A DNA stretch of 64,000 nucleotides from Prevotella sp. (GTDB lineage: Bacteria > Bacteroidota > Bacteroidia > Bacteroidales > Bacteroidaceae). Both the position numbers and the translations under genes were made by a program. The notes beneath the pieces are model-generated. The model saw only the letters and a list, made by a program, of their open reading frames with translations. It was not told the origin of the DNA and made no database searches. The stretch lies in assembly GCA_051869355.1 (NCBI GenBank), contig JBJEAU010000037.1, positions 247 through 64,246 on the forward strand. Direction: 5' to 3'. Shown here one piece after another: positions 57,640 to 64,000 of the stretch (the stretch's first letter is position 1; each line of letters begins with the position of its first letter).

Positions 57640-58806
57640 ATGAATTTGAAAGGTTTTTTTGATAAGATAAGGCCGAATTTCGAGAAAGGAGGCAAGCTCC
57701 AATCCTTGTGGAGTCTGTACGATGGTTTTGAGAGTTTCGTTTTGGTGCCCAATGCCACTTCCCAAAGTGGTGTAAGCATTCACGATTCCATCGATTCCAA
57801 GCGTATCATGAGTGTTGTGGTGATAGCCCTGATGCCGGCTTTGCTCTTTGGTATGTATAATGTGGGCTATCAGAACTATCTGGCTGCCGGTGCACTTGCC
57901 ACGGCTGGATTCTGGGAGATGTTTGGCTATGGATTCCTGGCCGTACTGCCCAAAGTGCTGGTAAGCTACATTGTCGGGCTCGGCATCGAGTTTGCTTGGG
58001 CGCAGTGGAAACATGAGGAGATTCAGGAGGGTTACCTTGTCACGGGTATCATTATTCCGCTGATTATCCCGGTTACCACGCCGTTGTGGATGCTGATCAT
58101 AGCCATTGCTTTTGCGGTGATATTTGCCAAGGAGATCTTTGGTGGAACGGGTATGAACTTCCTTAATGTTGCGCTCGTTGCCCGTGCTTTCCTCTTCTTC
58201 TCTTATCCCAGCAAGATGAGCGGTGACACCGTATGGGTGGCTACAGATAAGATTTTCGGTTTGGGCAACACGCTTCCCGATGGTGCCACGATGGCTACAC
58301 CGTTGGGACATATTGCTCAGGGTACGCCTGTAGACGCTTCACTCTGCGACATGGTAACGGGTCTGATTCCCGGTTCTATCGGCGAGACTTCCGTCATTGC
58401 CATTGCTATTGGTGCGGTGATTTTGCTGTGGACGGGTATCGCCAGCTGGAAGACCATGCTGAGCGTTTTCTTGGGTGGAGCTCTTACCGCAGCTTTGTTC
58501 CAAAGCCTTGGCTCTACACCTGTGGCATGGTATGAGCATCTGGTGTTGGGTGGTTTTGCTTTTGGTGCTGTGTTTATGGCCACCGATCCTGTGACCTCTG
58601 CACGCACAGAGACAGGCAAGTGGATCTATGGATTCCTTATCGGCTTGATGGCGGTTGTGATTCGTGTGATGAATCCCGGCTATCCCGAAGGTATGATGTT
58701 GGCGATATTGTTAATGAATGTATTTGCCCCGGTAATAGACTATTGTGTGGTCAACCGCAATATCTCGCGCAGGGCTAACCGTATGAAGAATAAGGAGGCT
58801 AAGTGA
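57640..58806 (+). CDS. nqrB: Na+-NQR subunit B
   Basis: KEIFGGTGMN, MATPL FMN site, GSIGETS and FMATDPV. Confidence 0.95.
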   Translation: MNLKGFFDKIRPNFEKGGKLQSLWSLYDGFESFVLVPNATSQSGVSIHDSIDSKRIMSVVVIALMPALLFGMYNVGYQNYLAAGALATAGFWEMFGYGFLAVLPKVLVSYIVGLGIEFAWAQWKHEEIQEGYLVTGIIIPLIIPVTTPLWMLIIAIAFAVIFAKEIFGGTGMNFLNVALVARAFLFFSYPSKMSGDTVWVATDKIFGLGNTLPDGATMATPLGHIAQGTPVDASLCDMVTGLIPGSIGETSVIAIAIGAVILLWTGIASWKTMLSVFLGGALTAALFQSLGSTPVAWYEHLVLGGFAFGAVFMATDPVTSARTETGKWIYGFLIGLMAVVIRVMNPGYPEGMMLAILLMNVFAPVIDYCVVNRNISRRANRMKNKEAK

Positions 58807-59507
58807 TGAAGACAAATTCAAATACTTATACGATTATCTATGCCTCAGTCATTGTGGTGATTGTAGCCTTTTTGCTGGCTTTTGTATCACAGTCTCTCAA
58901 GGACAGGCAGGAGGCCAATGTCTCTTTGGATAAGAAGAAACAGATACTGTATGCGCTCAATGTGAGAGATCTTGACGACGAGACATCGGCACAGAAATAC
59001 AAAGAACTGGTTGAAGCCGATGAAGTGATTGACGAGAACGGAAAAGTTTTGCAGCCCGGTACGGCGGGAGGTGAGAACGATGGTTTCAAACTCAATAGCG
59101 GAGACTTCAAAGCCGGCCGACTTGCCTTGTTTATCTGCAATGTCAATGGTGAGAAGAAATATGTGATACCCGTCTATGGAATGGGTCTCTGGGGCGGAAT
59201 CAGTGGCTATATCGCACTCAATGAAGATAAGGCGACGGTATATGGAGCTTATTTCAATCATGAGAGCGAGACGGCTGGTCTCGGAGCCGAGATCAAGGAT
59301 AGCCGGGAATGGCAGGAGTTGTTTAATGGCAAGCATCTTTTTGCCGCAGGCGATTCCACAAAGATAGCCCTGGCTGTCGAGAAGAAGGTAGAAGATCCTG
59401 CTACCCAAGTGGATGCGGTGACGGGTGCTACCCTCACTTCCAATGGTGTGACAGAGATGTTGCAGGGCGGTCTGGCCAAGTATCTCACCTTCCTTATGGA
59501 TAAATAA
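58806..59507 (+). CDS. nqrC: Na+-NQR subunit C
   Basis: GLWGGI, ETAGLGAEI and VDAVTGATLTS FMN site. Confidence 0.95.
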   Translation: MKTNSNTYTIIYASVIVVIVAFLLAFVSQSLKDRQEANVSLDKKKQILYALNVRDLDDETSAQKYKELVEADEVIDENGKVLQPGTAGGENDGFKLNSGDFKAGRLALFICNVNGEKKYVIPVYGMGLWGGISGYIALNEDKATVYGAYFNHESETAGLGAEIKDSREWQELFNGKHLFAAGDSTKIALAVEKKVEDPATQVDAVTGATLTSNGVTEMLQGGLAKYLTFLMDK

Positions 59508-59537
59508 TTAATGTTTTACCTTTTAATTAAAAGAAAC

Positions 59538-60161
59538 ATGGCATTATTTAGTAAACAGAATAAAGAAGTTTTAGCCAATCCGCTAAACTTGGATCATCCC
59601 ATCCTTGTACAGGTGTTGGGTATCTGTTCGGCTTTGGCCGTTACTGCCCAGCTGAAACCTGCGGTAGTGATGGGTCTTGCTGTTACGGTGATTACAGCTT
59701 TTGCAAATGTGATAATTTCACTCATTCGTAAAACAATCCCCACCCGTATCAGAATTATCGTGCAATTGGTGGTTGTGGCTGCATTGGTGACAATCGTGAG
59801 CCAAATCCTCAAGGCATTTGCCTATGATGTCAGCGTGCAACTTTCAGTGTATGTGGGACTGATTATCACCAACTGTATTTTGATGGGACGCTTGGAGGCA
59901 TTTGCTATGATGAACAAGCCCTGGCCTTCGTTCCTCGATGGCATCGGTAACGGACTGGGTTATGCTTTCATCCTCGTCATTGTCGGTGCATTCCGTGAAC
60001 TTTTCGGACGTGGTACATTGTTTGGCTTTACCATTATTCCGCAGTGTGTCTACGATGCCGGTTACGTGAACAATGGTATGATGACCATGCCGGCTATGGC
60101 ATTGATATTGGTTGGTTGTGTTATCTGGATTCATCGTGCATATTTTTATAAGGAGAAATAA
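59538..60161 (+). CDS. nqrD: Na+-NQR subunit D
   Basis: QVLGICSALAVT and GLIITNCILMGR. Confidence 0.95.
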   Translation: MALFSKQNKEVLANPLNLDHPILVQVLGICSALAVTAQLKPAVVMGLAVTVITAFANVIISLIRKTIPTRIRIIVQLVVVAALVTIVSQILKAFAYDVSVQLSVYVGLIITNCILMGRLEAFAMMNKPWPSFLDGIGNGLGYAFILVIVGAFRELFGRGTLFGFTIIPQCVYDAGYVNNGMMTMPAMALILVGCVIWIHRAYFYKEK

Positions 60162-60164
60162 GGT

Positions 60165-60791
60165 ATGGAACACGCAATAAGTTTGTTTTTTCGTTCGATT
60201 TTTGTCGACAACATGATATTCGCCTTCTTCCTCGGCATGTGCTCGTTCCTTGCCGTTTCGAAGAACGTGAAGACTTCGCTGGGATTGGGAATTGCCGTGA
60301 CCTTTGTGTTGTTGGTGACGGTTCCGGTGGATTATATGTTACAGACCAAGGTGCTTGGCCCCGATTGTCTGATAGAAGGAGTAGACCTTTCCTATCTGAG
60401 TTTCATCCTGTTCATTGCTGTGATAGCAGGTATCGTCCAGTTGGTGGAGATGGTGGTTGAGAAGTACAGTCCATCGCTTTATGCTGCATTGGGAATCTTC
60501 CTTCCTCTTATCGCTGTCAACTGTGCCATCATGGGTGCTTCGCTCTTCATGCAGCAGCGCATCAATCTTGATCCTTCCAATTCGCAGTACATTGGCAGCA
60601 TCTGGGATGCCATCGTCTATGCAGTGGGATCGGGTATCGGTTGGACTTTGGCCATTGTGGCCATGGGTGCTATCCGTGAGAAGATGCAGTACAGTGATGT
60701 GCCGAAGCCTCTGCAAGGTCTGGGCATCACCTTTATTGTTGTAGGTCTGATGGCGATGGCCATGATGTGCTTTAGTGGTCTTAACATCTAA
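60165..60791 (+). CDS. nqrE: Na+-NQR subunit E
   Basis: [11 protein letters not shown] and [11 protein letters not shown]. Confidence 0.95.
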   Translation: MEHAISLFFRSIFVDNMIFAFFLGMCSFLAVSKNVKTSLGLGIAVTFVLLVTVPVDYMLQTKVLGPDCLIEGVDLSYLSFILFIAVIAGIVQLVEMVVEKYSPSLYAALGIFLPLIAVNCAIMGASLFMQQRINLDPSNSQYIGSIWDAIVYAVGSGIGWTLAIVAMGAIREKMQYSDVPKPLQGLGITFIVVGLMAMAMMCFSGLNI

Positions 60792-60808
60792 TTAAGGAGA
60801 CGATTATT

Positions 60809-62077
60809 ATGGGACAGTTTATATTAGTTAGTATAGGAGTTTTCTTGGTTACGATACTCCTGCTGGTCATCATCCTGCTTGTGGCGAAGAAATATCTGAG
60901 CCCCAGCGGCAATGTGACCATTACCATTAATGGCGACAAGACTATCTCTGTGGGACAGGGTAGCAGTCTGATGACTACCCTCAACGAGAACGGCATTTTC
61001 CTGCCTTCAGCTTGTGGAGGTAAGGCCAGCTGCGGACAGTGTAAGGTGCAAGTGCTTGAGGGTGGTGGAGAGATACTCGATTCGGAGCGTCCCCATTTTA
61101 CACGCAAGCAAATCAAGGAGCATTGGCGTCTGGGATGCCAGTGCAAAGTGAAGGGTGACCTGAAGATTAAGGTGCCCGAGAGCGTGATGGGCGTGAAAGA
61201 GTGGGAGTGTACCGTTATCTCCAATAAGAATGTGTCCAGTTTTATCAAAGAGTTTAAAGTGGCGCTTCCTCCCGGCGAACACATGGACTTTGTGCCAGGT
61301 TCGTATGCTCAGATTAAGATTCCTGCCTACGATTGTATCGACTATGACAAGGATTTTGACAAGCAATACATTGGTGAGGACTATATCGGTGCGTGGGAGA
61401 AGTTTAATATTCTCTCTCTCAAGGCCCATAATCCGGAGCCTACGGTGCGTGCATACTCTATGGCCAACTATCCGGCTGAGGGAGACATCATCACGCTTAC
61501 TGTTCGTATAGCCACCACTCCGTTCCTCCCGCGTCCGCAGGTAGGTTTCATGGATGTGCCCACAGGTATTGGCTCTTCTTATATTTTCAGCCTCAAACCC
61601 GGCGACAAGGTGATGATGAGTGGTCCTTACGGAGACTTCCATCCCAACTTTACTTCGGGCAAAGAGATGATTTGGATAGGTGGTGGAGCCGGTATGGCAC
61701 CGCTGCGTGCACAAATCATGCACATGACCAAGACCCTTCACACCACAGACCGTGAGATGCACTTCTTCTATGGAGCGCGCGCGTTGGGCGAAGCCTTCTT
61801 CTTGGAAGATTTCTGGGAACTGGAAAAGGAATTCCCCAATTTCCATTTCCACTTGTCTTTGGACCGCCCAGACCCCAAAGCTGATGAAGCTGGCGTGAAA
61901 TATTATACAGGATTTGCTGTCAACTGCATCCGCGATACCTATCTGAAAGATCATGAGGCTCCCGAAGATTGCGAATACTATCTCTGTGGACCTCCCATGC
62001 TGATCAAGACGGTGACCGACTATCTCGATAGTCTGGGCGTGGATAATGACAACATCATGTTCGACAACTTCGGATAG
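60809..62077 (+). CDS. nqrF: Na+-NQR subunit F
   Basis: SACGGKASCGQC 2Fe-2S motif, RAYSMA, GGGAGMAP, YLCGPP and FDNFG. Confidence 0.96.
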   Translation: MGQFILVSIGVFLVTILLLVIILLVAKKYLSPSGNVTITINGDKTISVGQGSSLMTTLNENGIFLPSACGGKASCGQCKVQVLEGGGEILDSERPHFTRKQIKEHWRLGCQCKVKGDLKIKVPESVMGVKEWECTVISNKNVSSFIKEFKVALPPGEHMDFVPGSYAQIKIPAYDCIDYDKDFDKQYIGEDYIGAWEKFNILSLKAHNPEPTVRAYSMANYPAEGDIITLTVRIATTPFLPRPQVGFMDVPTGIGSSYIFSLKPGDKVMMSGPYGDFHPNFTSGKEMIWIGGGAGMAPLRAQIMHMTKTLHTTDREMHFFYGARALGEAFFLEDFWELEKEFPNFHFHLSLDRPDPKADEAGVKYYTGFAVNCIRDTYLKDHEAPEDCEYYLCGPPMLIKTVTDYLDSLGVDNDNIMFDNFG

Positions 62078-62104
62078 TCAGCCCCGCCTGTTATCCGCAA
62101 CCCA

Positions 62105-62145
62105 AAGAGCGGAAGATTGCCTACGATGGGCAGTCTTTCGCTCTT
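62105..62145. terminator. Hairpin terminator between nqrF and the convergent hydrolase gene
   Basis: AAGAGCGGAAGATTGCC...GGCAGTCTTTCGCTCTT. Confidence 0.7.
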
Positions 62146-62178
62146 CCTTTATAATATGGTATGATGTCTTTCTTATAC

Positions 62179-63258
62179 TTATGGTGCTACCGTCACCATT
62201 TCCACGGGTTGTTCTTTCACTTTGTCCAGTGGTTCTGACTGATATTTTACCTTACCAAAATCTATCGTCTTGAGGTCGAAACATCGGATGGTGCTATTGT
62301 GCATCGTGCGATAATAGATCCGACGCCCCACAATGTCGGTGGCCACGGTCCATTGGGTGGCACTGGGAATGTCAGGTACCTCTTGTCCCTCTGCAAACTG
62401 TATGCCTGTAGGGATGTCAAAGTTGTTGAGGATATGGAAGGCTTGCATGACCGTTTTTTCAGCTGACACCATTTTGGGTGCTGTGGCTTGGAAAAACGCA
62501 GCGCGTACAAACCTCGACGGTGGGGTCATATCGCCCGGTATACCGAGCATGCCACCACCGCCGCCAAAGGCTTTGAGTGACAGATTGCCCACCGTGCGCT
62601 CGCTGATTGGGCCAGCAAACAGGTTGACATAGTTGTTGAGATTTGTCAGCTGCCATTCAAATCCCGGTGAATTGGTGAGTACGCCTATTTTGTTCTCATA
62701 GATACGCACCTGTTTGTCCACGATTTCTATCACCACCTGTCTACCACTCTCTTCCGTAACTCGCCAGTGAGCGGTCGAACCGCGAGGATCTATCGTCACA
62801 ATGTGAATCTTGGTGATGGCATTCTTTACTTCGTCTATGTACCGAAAGTTGGATAGCATCCATGATACCAGCTGCAGGTCGCTCACCGTTTCTTCACGGT
62901 TTTCTGGGCTGTAGGTCTCGTAAGTCCCGTAACCCGGAAAATAAAACAGTCCGGCAGACAGACCGGCCTCGTTGACACCTTCTACCACAAACTCGGCCTG
63001 CTCTACCGCCAGTCCCACATATCCATAGCGGGCGGTAAAGCGTTTTCCCTCTTTCTTGCCTCCCGGAACCATCGACCGTTGACTGTAACCTCTTGGTACG
63101 ATAGTGTAGCGGCTTTCAAGGTCGTTGCCGGCCCACTCAATGGTACGTGCCGCGATGGGATGGCCTGTCGTGGTCTGCAATGTAATGCCCGTACAGGCAC
63201 TGGCCTTAGTGGCGAAGATGGCGCCTGTCAATAAGGCCACTAAAATCTTTTTTCTCAT
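62179..63258 (-). CDS. Choloylglycine hydrolase / penicillin V acylase-family Ntn hydrolase
   Basis: Signal peptide ending ASA, then a Cys nucleophile (CTG), ARTIEW, GVNEAGL, LTNSP and PGDMTPPSRFVR. Confidence 0.88.
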   Translation of the reverse strand: MRKKILVALLTGAIFATKASACTGITLQTTTGHPIAARTIEWAGNDLESRYTIVPRGYSQRSMVPGGKKEGKRFTARYGYVGLAVEQAEFVVEGVNEAGLSAGLFYFPGYGTYETYSPENREETVSDLQLVSWMLSNFRYIDEVKNAITKIHIVTIDPRGSTAHWRVTEESGRQVVIEIVDKQVRIYENKIGVLTNSPGFEWQLTNLNNYVNLFAGPISERTVGNLSLKAFGGGGGMLGIPGDMTPPSRFVRAAFFQATAPKMVSAEKTVMQAFHILNNFDIPTGIQFAEGQEVPDIPSATQWTVATDIVGRRIYYRTMHNSTIRCFDLKTIDFGKVKYQSEPLDKVKEQPVEMVTVAP

Positions 63259-63600
63259 ACGCTTGTTGTTTTGGGGTTGATATCCGTTCTTTTACCAAGA
63301 TAGTGCCAGCGGAGTGCATTAGAGCATGCTCAGAATGCTGACGTGCGGCCTATCTTCTACAAATATAAGCCGAAATACACATAATTGTCATTTCCCGCAT
63401 CGATTTTTTCGTTCTTTTAGTTTTCCTTGTGCATTATTCTATGGAATTGGAATGTAGATTTTACAAAATCATTGATTATTTGTTTCGTGCTCATTGTTTA
63501 GTCTGAGATGGCAAAAAGGGGGTGAAAAAGCCGTTTTAAAGGTGAAATTTTGGGGAAAACCAACTTTTTTCGACTTTTTTTGAAAAAAGTTCAAGAAAAG

Positions 63601-63632
63601 TTTGGAGGTGTCAAATAAATCCCGTACCTTTG
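63601..63632 (+). promoter_or_regulatory. Bacteroidetes -33/-7 promoter of the tRNA pair
   Basis: TTTG-N20-TACCTTTG. Confidence 0.75.
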
Positions 63633-63676
63633 CATCGCATTTGAGAAACAATGCTTGGCAATCGGAAACGATCCCC

Positions 63677-63763
63677 GGAAGGATGGGTGAGTGGCTGAAA
63701 CCAGCAGTTTGCTAAACTGCCGTACGGATTACCGTACCGGGGGTTCGAATCCCCCTCCTTCCG
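63677..63763 (+). tRNA. tRNA-Ser(GCT)
   Basis: GGAAGGATGGGTGAGTGGCTGAAACCA-GCAGT-TT-GCT-AA-ACTGC, long variable arm and GGTTCGAATCC. Confidence 0.96.
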
Positions 63764-63795
63764 CAACGGCAACTACTCAAATCGCAGACGCTAAC

Positions 63796-63870
63796 GGTCG
63801 GTTCATCTAACGGTTAGGATACAAGATTCTCAATCTTGGCATAAGGGTTCGATTCCCTTACCGACTACCA
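63796..63870 (+). tRNA. tRNA-Glu(CTC)
   Basis: GGTCGGTTCATCTAACGGTTAGGATA-CAAGA-TT-CTC-AA-TCTTG...GGTTCGATTCC...CCGACTA-CCA. Confidence 0.95.
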
Positions 63871-63874
63871 CCAA

Positions 63875-63904
63875 GTTCCTTGCAAACAGCAAGGAATTTT
63901 TTTT
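63875..63904 (+). terminator. Intrinsic terminator after the tRNAs
   Basis: TTCCTTGC-AAACA-GCAAGGAA followed by T8. Confidence 0.75.
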
Positions 63905-64000
63905 ATCTACCTATTCATGTTATTGGGAGCAGCGGATATTTCTACATTTATCACAATAAGGCTATATGCCGAAGGATAGATTCCTAAGAGCCCTCTTCGG

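Noticed and set aside
63293-63308. Possible sigma54 promoter (TGGCACTATCTTGGT) upstream of the Ntn hydrolase
   Set aside because: The -12 element is a poor match, so it is too weak to call.
63469-63651. 60-aa minus-strand ORF
   Set aside because: It lies over the AT-rich tRNA promoter and has no coding features.

Overview
A 64-kb stretch of a Bacteroidales (Prevotella-like) chromosome, judged from TAnnTTTG promoters, gene order and protein families. It is mostly housekeeping: addAB-type helicase/nuclease, an RpoD-family sigma factor, MATE, rmuC, thiL-PNP-lpxK-sppA, groESL, SPFH/NfeD, ftsY-rimO-HU, a sigma54-type TolC/MacAB-like exporter, yaaA, metY, tamB, nqrA-F, an Ntn hydrolase and four tRNAs. 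No integrase, transposase, prophage or CRISPR array was seen. Two things stand out. (1) A six-gene operon at 9683-18011 pairs a divergent tubulin/FtsZ-like GTPase with a 1159-aa actin/Hsp70-fold ATPase, a coiled-coil protein with a GrpE-like tail, a vWA-like lipoprotein and two membrane proteins; it is a candidate envelope-linked cytoskeletal or chaperone machine. (2) Six intergenic mini-arrays (20 units) of a 17-bp CTAAA-N7-TTTAG element recur at 21-22-bp period, with an asymmetric core that flips orientation between units. All calls come from reading motifs by eye; no database search was run.
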